From positions 28,676 to 92,675 of the forward strand of contig CAWKCO010000001.1 in NCBI GenBank assembly GCA_963848175.1: a DNA stretch of 64,000 nt. The letters run 5' to 3'. This document shows, piece by piece, positions 22,039 to 32,523 of this stretch. Position 1 is the first letter of the stretch. Each line of letters begins with the position of its first letter. Under the pieces are notes generated by a model. It had not been told where the DNA came from. It saw nothing but the letters and a program-made list of their open reading frames with translations, and did no database searches. Both the position numbers and the translations under genes were made by a program. Origin of the DNA: an uncultured Cytophagales bacterium (GTDB lineage: Bacteria > Bacteroidota > Bacteroidia > Cytophagales > Cyclobacteriaceae).

Positions 22039-22090
22039 TTTATGCCTGCTAGTTTAAGGTGCGGAAAGATACAAATTAAGTACTAAATGA

Positions 22091-23617
22091 TTAGTGTTTG
22101 AAATGGCGTATTCCTGTCATGACCATAGAAATACCGTGAGTGTCGCAATAATCGATTGAAAGTTGATCTTTTACAGAGCCTCCTGGCTGGATTACAGACT
22201 TGATGCCCGCCTTGTCTGCTATTTCTACACAATCAGGGAAAGGGAAAAACGCATCAGAAGCCATCGATGCTCCTTTTAGGTCAAAACCAAATTTTGTTGC
22301 TTTTTCGATTGCCTGCTCTAGTGCATCTACACGTGAGGTTTGTCCTACGCCGCTAGCAAGTAGCTGGCCATCTTTTGCAAATACAATCGTGTTTGATTTG
22401 CTATGCTTGCACACTTTGGATGCGAAAAGTAAATTTTCAATTTCCTCCTCTGATGGAGCTACTTTGGTGACCACTTTCAAATGCTCTTTGGTATCTGTCA
22501 CGCTATCAAAATCCTGCACCAACGTACCATTGAGCATGCTTTTGTGAATCGTTTTCCTATCCCAAACTTTTTTCTGCTCTAGCAAAATTCTATTTTTCTT
22601 TCCTTGTAAAATCTCTAGTGCTTCTGCCGAAAATGAAGGTGCAATAAGGATTTCAAAGAAAAGGCTATTCATCGTTTCGGCTGCTGCCTTGTCCACTTCT
22701 TTGTTGGTGATCAAAACCCCACCGAAAGCAGAGGTAGTATCAGCAGCAAAGGCTCTTTCGTAAGCGTCTGCCACATTTTTCCCTGTAGCTACACCGCAAG
22801 CATTGTTGTGCTTCAAGATGGCGAAAGCTGTTTTATCTCCAAATTCTCCGATCAACTGAATGGCCGCTTCCACGTCCACTAGATTGTTGTAGGAAATTTC
22901 TTTGCCATGTATTTGATTAAAATAAGGTTCGGTTTCTTGATAGAAAACTCCTTTTTGATGAGGGTTTTCTCCGTATCTCAAAACTTTTCCATTCCCTGCA
23001 CTCACTTTCAATGAAGGCACTTCACCTTCACGATTCATGTAACTGAAAATAGCAGAATCATAATGTGACGATGTGTCAAAAGCTTTAGCAGCAAATAGCT
23101 TGCGATCGGCCAGGCTAGTAGTTCCATCTTTTTCATTGAGTAAGTCCAAAAGATCGCTATAGTAGTTTCTTGAACTTACTATTACCACGTTCTGGAAGTT
23201 TTTGGCTGCACCACGGATCAATGCGATACCTCCAATGTCAATTTTCTCGATGATATCTTCTTCACCTGCTCCGCTTGCCACCGTTTCTTCAAATGGGTAC
23301 AAGTCTACGATAACTAGATCGATAGCCGGAACGTCATATTCTGCTTTTTCTTTTTCGTCGCTCTCCAAACCTCTGCGATACAAGATGCCTCCAAAGATTT
23401 TTGGATGAAGGGTTTTTACTCTTCCTCCGAAAATAGAAGGATAAGCAGTCACGTCTTCTACAGGGATCACAGGTATGCCCTTTTCTTCCAAAAACTTCTG
23501 AGTACCTCCTGTTGAGTAGATTTTTACACCTTGGGCGTGTAGCTTCTCAACGATTGGATCTAGACCATCTTTGTAAAATACAGAAATTAGGGCGGATTGG
23601 ATTTTTACTTCACTCAT
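22091..23617 (-). CDS. purH: Bifunctional AICAR transformylase/IMP cyclohydrolase
   Basis: ALISV..K, GGRVKTLHP, IDIGG, LRYGENPHQ, KHNNACG, ASDAFFPFPD, QPGGS. Confidence 0.97.
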   Translation of the reverse strand: MSEVKIQSALISVFYKDGLDPIVEKLHAQGVKIYSTGGTQKFLEEKGIPVIPVEDVTAYPSIFGGRVKTLHPKIFGGILYRRGLESDEKEKAEYDVPAIDLVIVDLYPFEETVASGAGEEDIIEKIDIGGIALIRGAAKNFQNVVIVSSRNYYSDLLDLLNEKDGTTSLADRKLFAAKAFDTSSHYDSAIFSYMNREGEVPSLKVSAGNGKVLRYGENPHQKGVFYQETEPYFNQIHGKEISYNNLVDVEAAIQLIGEFGDKTAFAILKHNNACGVATGKNVADAYERAFAADTTSAFGGVLITNKEVDKAAAETMNSLFFEILIAPSFSAEALEILQGKKNRILLEQKKVWDRKTIHKSMLNGTLVQDFDSVTDTKEHLKVVTKVAPSEEEIENLLFASKVCKHSKSNTIVFAKDGQLLASGVGQTSRVDALEQAIEKATKFGFDLKGASMASDAFFPFPDCVEIADKAGIKSVIQPGGSVKDQLSIDYCDTHGISMVMTGIRHFKH

Positions 23618-23635
23618 GCTTTTTCAAATAAGCGG

Positions 23636-23643
23636 CAAAAGTA
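23636..23643 (-). promoter_or_regulatory. Bacteroidota -7 box upstream of purH
   Basis: TACTTTTG on the minus strand, 18 nt before the ATG. Confidence 0.45.
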
Positions 23644-23753
23644 AAAACTTCTAAACTTTAATCCTTTGTTATCTTTAATCTATTGTTGGATTAAGCTCCT
23701 CATTTCTTAGGGGTTTAATGCTTTTTTGACAAAAATCTTGCCTGAAAACCACC

Positions 23754-24299
23754 ATGCCTATAAGCCAAAATGAATTTTACGAAATAGATTCCCTCTACGA
23801 ATTTTGTTTTGGAGCCGCCAGCGTGCCTACTGAGACCATTGCCCAATGGTTTGAAGCCCAGCCCGATGGTTTAGTGGCTTTAAAAGTGGAAGGCAACATA
23901 ATCGGGGCGCTTAGCTATTGGTATGTAGAAGAGGCAGAATATCTTGCAATGCTGAAAGGTGAATTGAAGGAAAAAGAATTGTCAATTTTACCCATAAACT
24001 TTGCCACGAATCGATTTGTATACATGAGTGAGATTGCATTACACCCTGAGTTTCGAGGCAAAGGCTATGCAATGAAACTGTTAGAACTTTGGCTCAATCA
24101 GCTGCATGAGGAGAATTTGGCTGTCAGCCAGTTGACGCTTTTTGCTTTGGGCTATTCGCAAGGGGGCGTTGGTATCTTAGCTAAGCTTGGGTTGAATCAG
24201 GTCAAAGCTGCAGATGAAACTGCCGATAACATGCCTCTGTATCAATTGGAAATAATTAAACCTGAAAGCATTGAGCAGCTTATCCATCGGTTGTTTTGA
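23754..24299 (+). CDS. GNAT family N-acetyltransferase
   Basis: IALHPEFRGKGYA acetyl-CoA-binding motif A. Confidence 0.75.
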   Translation: MPISQNEFYEIDSLYEFCFGAASVPTETIAQWFEAQPDGLVALKVEGNIIGALSYWYVEEAEYLAMLKGELKEKELSILPINFATNRFVYMSEIALHPEFRGKGYAMKLLELWLNQLHEENLAVSQLTLFALGYSQGGVGILAKLGLNQVKAADETADNMPLYQLEIIKPESIEQLIHRLF

Positions 24300-24476
24300 G
24301 TTGCTATTCATATTAAACTAAACGGTTGAAAAAAGTCTCCTCTCTTGGAAAAGAGTGCTTCGTTGTGGTTCTAGGTTAGCATGTTCTACTCTTTCGACCA
24401 ACTTAACAGACAAAACGCTTCATTCATAGAATACTATTGCCAGACACAAATCTTAATCACTAGATTTGGCCTGACC

Positions 24477-26802
24477 ATGATGCCTAGAATCATTTTTTGC
24501 ATACTACTCTTACCCAGTCTGTTGAGCGCTGAAATAGTGCGAGATGGAATAGCGGATTTGCGAGAAATTGATTTTGAAAATTCGTCTCCCATTGCCTTAG
24601 TTGGCGCTTGGGAGTTTTATCCATCTGAGTTTATTTCGCCAGCAGCTTCTTCTCAATTCACTGCGAAAAACTCAATCACAGTCCCTAAAAGGTGGGAGGA
24701 AAGCGGATATGCAAGGATGGGCTTTGGTACTTACAGAATAACGATTATACGTACTTCATCCGGAAGGTTAGCAATTAGAATTCCTGATATTTTCAGTGCA
24801 TATAAACTCTATGTTAATAACGAACTCATTGCTCAGGTGGGAGAGCCAGCAACTACTGCAGAATTATCAAAATCAGGACGAAAAGTAAAATTAGCTTCAT
24901 TGGCGCACTTTAATTCCGACACGCTCAGATTGACCATGCATGTCTCAAATTTTATGCATAGTAAGGGAGGAATCGGTGATCCTATTTTGATTGGAGACCA
25001 ACACCATGTCTTCAGTAAAAAATTACGGGAAGATGCCGCAGATGTGTTTTTGACAGGTGGCTTAGTGGTAAGCACCTTCTTCTTTTTGGGTCTTTATATT
25101 TTTGGTAGACATGAGCGAATGGCGTTTTGCTTTGCCCTGTTCTGTATTGTTTATGCGTATCGCATCATTGGTTGGGGCAACTATGTGCTTCATGATTTAA
25201 TAGAGATGCCTTATAGGCTTGGTATATTTTTAGAGTTTGCTACACTTTATCTTTCGGGGTATTTTTTTGCCAACTACATTCAGAGCCTTTATCCGGAAGA
25301 CACTCCAAAACATCTGGTTAAGCTATTTGCTTATTTCTCGCTGGCCTTTGTTCTTCTAGCATTTTTACCTGTGCATTACATAGGCCGCCTAAACTACATT
25401 TATGTCTATGGCGCCCTGTTGGGATTGGGATTAGTATGTTATATCATCATCAAAGCATTGGTGAGAAAAAGGCAAGGTTCATTATTTACAGCACTGAGCA
25501 TTGGAGGTATTTTGATTGTTTTTTCTATGAAAACTTTGGATTTCCTCGATATTGCCGATGAGATTAAATTTGTGACCTTAGGTGGGCAGTTTGTGTTTTT
25601 CTTTTTCCAAGCGATGGTATTGTCCAGACACTTTTCTGATACTTGGAAAGCTGCTAAAACCAAGGCTGAAATAGCTTCCCAAGCCAAGTCTGATTTTGTA
25701 TCTGTCATGAGTCATGAGATACGGACGCCACTTAATGCCGTCATTGGCACTACGCATCATTTGATTGAAGCAAATAAGAATCCAGAGTATCAGGAAGATC
25801 TAAACAATTTGAAGCGATCATCTGAGAACCTACTTTCGTTGATCAACAACGTGCTTGATTTTAGTAAAATAGAATCAGGTAAAATAGAACTGGAAAAAAG
25901 TGCTACGAACTTGAGAGAGTTCTGCGCACATACCTTGGAGGCTATGAAGCCTTTGGCTGACCAAAAAGGCATTGACTTGATTTTAGTATATGAAGATACA
26001 CTACCTAAAAGGGTGGAATTTGACAAGGTGCGTCTGGGTCAGGTAATTACCAATTTGTTGGGCAATGCGATCAAATTTACCGAAAAGGGGCATGTAAAGC
26101 TTGTTGTCAACGAGCTGACGAGAAAAGGAGATACGGCGCGTGTTTATTTTGCGGTGGAAGATACCGGAATAGGTCTGGCCGAGCATGTGAAAGACAGTGT
26201 TTTCGAGGCTTTCAACCAAGCCAATAATAGTGTTTCGCGTAAATTTGGAGGTACTGGCTTAGGGCTTACCATTACAAAGAAGCTAGTCGAGTTGATGAAG
26301 TCAAGAATTTTTGTCGATAGTGAACCAGGTAAAGGTGCTACTTTTTCATTTGCGCTGACGATGGAGATTTGCGATACACACGAAGAGGTGGAGTTTCACC
26401 CTGAAGTGCCAAAAGATATATCGGGACATCATGTTTTACTTAGTAGAAGATAATTCTATGAATGTACTGATAGCCACCCGTCTGCTACATAAATGGGGAC
26501 TTCATGTGGTAGTGGCAGAAAATGGGGCTGTGGCTCTCGATATCATGAAAACTCATGACTTTGATTTGATTCTAATGGATCTACAGATGCCAGTGATGGA
26601 CGGCTATGAAGCCACCTCCATTTTAAGGGAGCAAGGATACACCAAGCCAATCATTGCTCTGACTGCCTCTCCAGTGTTTGACGAATCTTCAAAATTGAAA
26701 AGGTCTGACTTGGACGGAATTATTTCTAAGCCATACATTCCAAAAGATCTTTATGCTGTTTTATCGGCTAAACTTCAACCAGCCAAACTTGTAGCCAGCT
26801 GA
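24477..26802 (+). CDS. Hybrid sensor histidine kinase (7TM-DISM-like sensor, HisKA, HATPase, receiver), +1 frameshift at ~26440
   Basis: SHEIRTPLN, NLLGNAIKFT, DTGIG, GGTGLGL. Removing one base at 26439-26441 fuses it to the receiver domain (HVLLVEDN...DLILMDLQMPVMDG...KP). Confidence 0.85.
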
Positions 26803-26897
26803 GGAAATCTTAACAGGGTTTTGTGTTCGATTCATTAAAACCTTGCTTTTGATTGATGCAATCCATTTCATTTTTCTAAAAAACCTGATCAAAATTC

Positions 26898-26905
26898 TAT
26901 ATTTG
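26898..26905 (+). promoter_or_regulatory. Bacteroidota -7 box 5 nt upstream of the GlyRS start
   Basis: TATATTTG-CGGCT-ATG. Confidence 0.45.
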
Positions 26906-26910
26906 CGGCT

Positions 26911-28458
26911 ATGGCAAATATTGAAGAAGCAACCACATTAAAAAATATCTCCTCTCATTGCAAAGAGTACGGTTTTATTTACCCATCGAGTGAAATATAT
27001 GATGGCCTTGCAGCCACTTACGACTATGGTCCAAATGGCTCTGAGCTAAAAAATAACATCAAGGAATACTGGTGGAAAGCCATGGTTCGCATGAATGAAA
27101 ATATCGTGGGCATTGACGCTGCGATTTTCATGCACCCAATGACATGGAAGGCTTCTGGTCACGTGGATGCCTTTAATGATCCTTTGATTGACAACAAAGA
27201 CTCTAAGAAGCGCTATCGTGCTGATGTGCTGTTGGAAGATCACATGGCTAAGATTCAAGCCAAGATTGATAAGGAAGTGGATAAGGCTGCCAAACGATTT
27301 GGAGACACTTTTGACAAAGAACAATATTTGTCTACCAATCCAAGAGTGGTTGGATATCAAGAAGACATCAACTCGATAGAAAATAGAATGAAATCCGCCA
27401 TAGAGACGGCTGATTTGGAAGCGTTGAGGCAGCTGATCGTAGACTTAGAAATAGCCGATCCAGTTTCTGGAACAAAAAACTGGACAGACGTGCGTCAATT
27501 CAATTTGATGTTTTCTACCGAACTGGGCTCTGTGGCAGACGAGTCAGGCAAGATTTACTTGAGACCTGAAACGGCACAAGGAATCTTTGTAAACTTCCTA
27601 AATGTACAAAAAACCAGCCGTCTAAAGCCTCCATTTGGTATTGCACAGATTGGAAAAGCTTTTAGAAATGAAATCATCGCTCGCCAATTCATCTTCAGAA
27701 TGCGTGAATTTGAGCAAATGGAAATGCAATTTTTCATCAAGCCAGGCACAGAGATGGAATGGTACGAGCATTGGAAAGAAAAGAGAATCAACTGGCACAA
27801 GGCACTAGGTCTTGGCGAGGCAAATTATCGTTTCCATGATCACCTAAACTTGGCGCATTACGCCAATGCAGCTTGCGATATTGAGTTCAATTTCCCAATG
27901 GGTTTCAAAGAACTAGAAGGAATCCACTCTCGCACAGATTTTGATCTTGGCGCACACGAGAAGTTCTCGGGCAAGAAAATAAAATATTTTGATACGGCCA
28001 CCAACGAAAGCTACACGCCTTATGTATTGGAGACTTCTATCGGTTTAGACAGAATGTTCCTTGCGGTAATGTCTGCTTCTTACTGTGAAGAAAAACTGGA
28101 AGATGGTAGCGAAAGAACGGTATTGAGAATACCTCCAGCGCTTGCGCCTGTGAAGGTGGCTGTGCTACCTTTGATGAATAAAGACGGCTTGCCAGAGAAA
28201 GCGGAAGAAATTATGAGTGCAGTGAAGCTTGACTTCAATGCTCAGTATGATGCCAAAGATGCCATTGGTAAACGATACAGAAGACAAGATGCGATCGGTA
28301 CACCATATTGTGTGACGGTGGATCATCAAACGTTGGAAGACAATACCGTGACGATCAGAGAAAGAGATAGCATGGAGCAGCAGCGTGTGTCTATTCCAGA
28401 GTTGATCTCTACTTTGGAACAAAAAGTGAGTTTGAAAAACCTATTGGCCAAAATCTAA
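26911..28458 (+). CDS. glyQS: Glycine--tRNA ligase (alpha2 type)
   Basis: SEIYDGL...YDYGPNG, YLRPETAQGIF, FRNEI..RQFIFRMREFEQME, IGKRYRRQDAIGTP. Confidence 0.95.
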   Translation: MANIEEATTLKNISSHCKEYGFIYPSSEIYDGLAATYDYGPNGSELKNNIKEYWWKAMVRMNENIVGIDAAIFMHPMTWKASGHVDAFNDPLIDNKDSKKRYRADVLLEDHMAKIQAKIDKEVDKAAKRFGDTFDKEQYLSTNPRVVGYQEDINSIENRMKSAIETADLEALRQLIVDLEIADPVSGTKNWTDVRQFNLMFSTELGSVADESGKIYLRPETAQGIFVNFLNVQKTSRLKPPFGIAQIGKAFRNEIIARQFIFRMREFEQMEMQFFIKPGTEMEWYEHWKEKRINWHKALGLGEANYRFHDHLNLAHYANAACDIEFNFPMGFKELEGIHSRTDFDLGAHEKFSGKKIKYFDTATNESYTPYVLETSIGLDRMFLAVMSASYCEEKLEDGSERTVLRIPPALAPVKVAVLPLMNKDGLPEKAEEIMSAVKLDFNAQYDAKDAIGKRYRRQDAIGTPYCVTVDHQTLEDNTVTIRERDSMEQQRVSIPELISTLEQKVSLKNLLAKI

Positions 28459-28460
28459 TT

Positions 28461-29237
28461 TTGAGCTGGTTTATACTTATAGTCGTTGGATTGAGTGCGC
28501 TTTGGGCACTCAATCGCAATGGCACTAAAGAATACCTTGCCTCTAAAGGTTGGCGCAGTGGGCTTGCGCAAAAACATCGAGTCATTCTTTCTCGGTATTT
28601 TGAGTTTTATAACTCTCTCCCTCCTAAGTCCAAATTGATTTTTGAATACCGCGTTCGGCGTTTCATTAGTTTCAAAAACTTTATTCCTAGAAATCTCATG
28701 TCGGTCACGGAAGAGATGCAAGTGCTTATTGCCGCTTCGTCTGTACAGCTGACTTTTGGCCTACCTGACATCACCTTGGCACATTTTGAGAATATTATCG
28801 TCTATCCAGATCAATTTTTCAGTCAAGCCGGAAGGCGCGAGCACAAAGGAGAAGTGAACCCACGGGCGAAAGCCATCGTGCTTTCGTGGAAGCATTTTGC
28901 TGAAGGTTATGCCAGTAAAGAAGGTGTCAATCTTGGTCTGCATGAGATGGCTCATGCACTGCAACTCGAAAACATAGTGATGAATAGTGAATATGATTTT
29001 CTAGATGAAGATCATATCAAGCGTTGGCAAAAACTGGCCGGAATTGAAATAGAAAAAGTCAGGAATGGGGAGACCGCTTTTTTTAGGGCTTATGCTGGCA
29101 CAGACCATGCGGAGTTTTTTGCTGTGGCTGTAGAGAATTTCTTCGAGCGCCCTCAGGAGTTTAAGGCTAATCATGAAGGTGTCTACAATGCTTTGAGCGA
29201 TTTGCTCAACCAAGATCCGCTTTTGCTGGTGGAGTGA
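28461..29237 (+). CDS. Zinc-dependent peptidase, MtfA (M90)-like
   Basis: NLGLHEMAHAL, AYAGTD..EFFAVAVENFFERP. Confidence 0.88.
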   Translation: MSWFILIVVGLSALWALNRNGTKEYLASKGWRSGLAQKHRVILSRYFEFYNSLPPKSKLIFEYRVRRFISFKNFIPRNLMSVTEEMQVLIAASSVQLTFGLPDITLAHFENIIVYPDQFFSQAGRREHKGEVNPRAKAIVLSWKHFAEGYASKEGVNLGLHEMAHALQLENIVMNSEYDFLDEDHIKRWQKLAGIEIEKVRNGETAFFRAYAGTDHAEFFAVAVENFFERPQEFKANHEGVYNALSDLLNQDPLLLVE

Positions 29238-29329
29238 TTTTAAAGTCTTGTTATTGGTTGTTTATCTTGAATTTGGCTTATATGACTAAACTAGTAAAGT
29301 CTTTCGAGCTCAAAGCATCTGAATTATTG

Positions 29330-29515
29330 CTAATGTGCCTCAGCTTGAAAATCCTGTTGGGTTAAATGATTGTAGGAACGACCTTTCCTCATTTCAGCTA
29401 AGTATGCCTTCATTTCCTCAAAGGTCATGTCCTGCATGTCCAAGTTCATTTTGTCTCTTATTTCACGTAGGTTCTTAACCACTCCTATTTCGGTGTTTAT
29501 TTTTTTCTTACTCAT
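29330..29515 (-). CDS. Small protein, putative antitoxin partner of the upstream PIN gene
   Basis: 61 aa, VKNLREIRDKM...MTFEEMKAYL. Resembles short ORFs that follow this PIN family; antitoxin role is inferred. Confidence 0.55.
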   Translation of the reverse strand: MSKKKINTEIGVVKNLREIRDKMNLDMQDMTFEEMKAYLAEMRKGRSYNHLTQQDFQAEAH

Positions 29516-29614
29516 ATTTACATAGAGGCTATGAGCCTTTTACACGAGAAATTTTTATAACTATCTGATAATAAGCAGCAAACAGCCAATGTTTGTGTAA
29601 TTATCAAATGGACT

Positions 29615-30087
29615 TTATATAACAACTTCTAAAGGTGAATGAATCTCAATCAATTTATACCCGAGTTTTAAGTTCACTGAATTATAGCCTCTCATTCTGT
29701 CAATGTTCACAACCTGCCTTGCCGCAGGCAGGTATGTTTAAAGTTCCAACTTATCAAAAGATCAGCGTGACAAAGTGTGGCTACAGCAATATGTAAACAG
29801 TCGGCATAACTTGTTTTGCCCACTACATTCTCAGAAATGTATGCTTTTGCCAAAGCCTCTGCCTCTTCACTGATCTCAATATTTTTTACTTGCTCCTTAG
29901 GAATGGTGATTAACAGTTCTCTAATGTGTTGTGGTGCGTTTGCAAGCTCTGCATCTAAAATCTCTGAAACAAACACCACTATTTTCTCTTTCATGATGCG
30001 ATTGAATAGTTTCTCGGTAGGGACGGAAAACTCTTTGTCAAAATATCCACCAAAAACAGAGGTATCTAAATAGACTGATTTGATCAT
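29615..30087 (-). pseudogene. PIN-domain protein (putative toxin) interrupted by a 20-nt insert
   Basis: VYLDTSV, SEILDAEL, ADCLHIA, SWNFKH. Deleting 29713-29732 restores a 150-aa ORF ending KHIVNIDRMRGYNSVNLKLGYKLIEIHSPLEVVI*. Confidence 0.85.
29713..29732. mobile_element. 20-nt palindromic insert CCTGCCT-GCGGCA-AGGCAGG (read on the minus strand)
   Basis: Perfect 7-bp stem with a 6-nt loop, 75% GC in an AT-rich gene. Precise removal restores the frame; no target-site duplication. Confidence 0.8.
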
Positions 30088-30180
30088 ATTGAAAGTTAGT
30101 TGATAATCGAATCAGATACTAGTAGAGTTGCTTTTCCACAAGCTCAACTTCTTCATTCGTTGGATTTAGCTATCATTCAT

Positions 30181-31935
30181 TCAAAACTTCAAATAGTGAT
30201 CCAACGCTTGAGAAGTGCCATTTTTGAAAAAAACCGTGATCTCAATATTGAACACTCCCCAGCCTGATCGCGTGAGCGGAAATCCGCTTGATCTACCTTC
30301 ATAGACGTTGATGATATTGTTGGTAAAAGAAGGGTGCAGCTTATACTGCACGTAGCTAATCTGATTGAGCGTAGCAGCATCGGAATTTATAAAAACTGTC
30401 CAATCATACCAGTTATGCCCGTTGTTAGATCCGCGAAAAGAGGCGGTATTGCTTGCCGATAGTCTTATGGTTTTCTCGCCTCCTAAGCCAATGATGTATT
30501 TTTCAATGCTGGCTTCTAATTCACTCCATTTGCTTGGGATCGATTTACCCAAAATCCAACTTTGAAAGTTGGAGTCAAATGATTGCTCGGAAGTACCCGA
30601 TGCTTGTAGGACTAGCCGCATGGTGCTTTCCTTGGTCGGGTTGTTCATTGAGCGAAAGCTCTTGTATGTACTTTCGAGCGTTCCCTTTTGATTCAAATAG
30701 ATCATCAAATAGCGACTATATGCCGCATAGAGCATGGTTTTTTTGTCTCCGTCGAAATAAGTGTCAGGCGCAGAAAGGAACTCACGGAGGCTTGGCATGA
30801 TGCCAAAATTGATGGCTTTCTGTAGGTAAATCAAGCGGTAGTTGTCTATCGGTTGGTAGTTGTTCGTCTCTTCATACATGGATGCCAGCCCTTCATTGAG
30901 CCAGCCGGGGATATCATGAAAATCCTGATTGATGAGGGCATGCATGACTTCATGATTGAGCGTGCCGCCTCCCGTGCTGATCCAGCAGACCACACTCTGA
31001 TCTATGGGATTGTAGTATGCTACCCGTCCGCCAGCACTGCGCCCATGTATGTCTTTGGCGAAAGCCGAAAAAGAACGGTAGCCATCCGTAGAAAATGTGG
31101 CGGTAGATAGATAAACAGGAATGTAGTATTCTGGAGTTTTAAGTCCAAATCGGTTGCTGATGTGGTAATAAAAGTCACTAAGACTTTGGGCATATTGAGG
31201 CGCAAAACCCAATCTGGCAGATTTCATCTGTGATGTTTCTTGTCCCATCGAATTGATTCTTGCTTGTCCGTTTATTACCACAAACGGAGCTTTGACCTCT
31301 GCTAGCTCGCTGGATGCTTTGTTTTTCAATAAACTCAGATAACCATTATCTACGCCAGCAGCCAGAGATCTGCGACTGGCCAAAAGGGTTTCCAACTCAT
31401 CGCTGGTGTAGGGGATGTCAGGCTCATTGTCAAACATCAAGGCTTCTTTGATGATCTTTTCGGTATAGCTGCCTTTGCCGGAATAAGTCACTGTGCGAGA
31501 GCCACTGGCTACAGAATTGCTAGATGCATTATTATATTGCAAGGATTTGAGCATGCCTTGCGACAACTGCGCGTAGCTGTAGTTTCCCAAATAGTACCTA
31601 GCAGCGTTTGGGTATTCGGCGCATTTCTTGAAATAGAACTGGGCGTTGATTTGATTCTCTGCGTCTTTGTAGATTTTACCTAAGCGATAGAGCCTTACGA
31701 CCGTGGTTTCGGAATCAGAAGTTGGAACTTCTTCGAAGCATTTTTCCATCAAAGAAGCCGTTTGTTTTGCTTGATCTCGCACACTTGCCCTGCCCGATTG
31801 GGTAGGTTGGTTGTTGAATGCGTTCTTCAACTGATTGAGATAACTATTGGAATTTTGGTATTTCTGGCAATATTCTTGAGCAAAGCAAAGGAGCGAGATG
31901 AAAGTTAGAAATGCAACTAGCGGTAATCTAATCAT
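30181..31935 (-). CDS. Secreted gluzincin-type Zn metallopeptidase with C-terminal prokaryotic YEATS domain
   Basis: Signal peptide; TPR-like helix pair (LYRLGKIYKD...AQFYFKK); HEVMH...WLNEGLASMYE; C-terminal WTVF...YKLHPSF...GWGVFNIEITVFF...HYLKF. Confidence 0.8.
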   Translation of the reverse strand: MIRLPLVAFLTFISLLCFAQEYCQKYQNSNSYLNQLKNAFNNQPTQSGRASVRDQAKQTASLMEKCFEEVPTSDSETTVVRLYRLGKIYKDAENQINAQFYFKKCAEYPNAARYYLGNYSYAQLSQGMLKSLQYNNASSNSVASGSRTVTYSGKGSYTEKIIKEALMFDNEPDIPYTSDELETLLASRRSLAAGVDNGYLSLLKNKASSELAEVKAPFVVINGQARINSMGQETSQMKSARLGFAPQYAQSLSDFYYHISNRFGLKTPEYYIPVYLSTATFSTDGYRSFSAFAKDIHGRSAGGRVAYYNPIDQSVVCWISTGGGTLNHEVMHALINQDFHDIPGWLNEGLASMYEETNNYQPIDNYRLIYLQKAINFGIMPSLREFLSAPDTYFDGDKKTMLYAAYSRYLMIYLNQKGTLESTYKSFRSMNNPTKESTMRLVLQASGTSEQSFDSNFQSWILGKSIPSKWSELEASIEKYIIGLGGEKTIRLSASNTASFRGSNNGHNWYDWTVFINSDAATLNQISYVQYKLHPSFTNNIINVYEGRSSGFPLTRSGWGVFNIEITVFFKNGTSQALDHYLKF

Positions 31936-32423
31936 GGGTTTGTTGGTTTTTTTGACGGGATGCCCAAGGCACTGTCATCGTCTATCTCATAAGGTGCGAT
32001 AGGTAAGGTTTCTTTTTGAGGTGCGGCCGCCGACCCCAATGTGTAGTCTATTTTGAATGTGGCACAAAGGATAATAATGATGGTGGCACATAGAATCACA
32101 AAAAGACCTGGAGAAAGTCGAGCAATTTTCAGCTTGTGATCGCCGGAAGTTGCATCTACATCTACATCCCCTTTGGCTTGAATTAGGAAAAGAGAAAAAC
32201 CTAGAAACCCGAAAGACATCCCCACAAAAATAGCGGTAGAGAGTAACCGCAAGCGCATATCTGCTGTTAAGCCGAGTAACTTAATTTCTGAATCGAAGAG
32301 AGTGGCATCTGGACTATTGGTGATGAAAACGAACAGGTAGATGGCCGATCCGATCATGCCGAGAAATGCCAGTAGGATTCCGGCCTTGTAGCCAAGTTCA
32401 ATGAATTTATCTTTTTCAGACAT
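31932..32423 (-). CDS. Hypothetical 3-TM membrane protein, translationally coupled to the peptidase-YEATS gene
   Basis: Start moved to ATG at 32423 (MSEKDKF). Three hydrophobic helices, KLKIARLSPGLF motif, ATGA overlap at 31932-31935. Confidence 0.75.
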   Translation of the reverse strand: MSEKDKFIELGYKAGILLAFLGMIGSAIYLFVFITNSPDATLFDSEIKLLGLTADMRLRLLSTAIFVGMSFGFLGFSLFLIQAKGDVDVDATSGDHKLKIARLSPGLFVILCATIIIILCATFKIDYTLGSAAAPQKETLPIAPYEIDDDSALGIPSKKPTNP

Positions 32424-32523
32424 TGGATTAGGTAGGTGATTTGAAAGGTTCTGGTTTTCAAATCTAACAATTATTTGCAATTGGCAAGCTTGGACAGAGG
32501 TGCTTCCTCGAAACAAGGGCCTT

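Noticed and set aside
26431-26802. Separate response regulator gene
   Set aside because: It is the receiver domain of the upstream kinase; removing one base restores HVLLVEDN.
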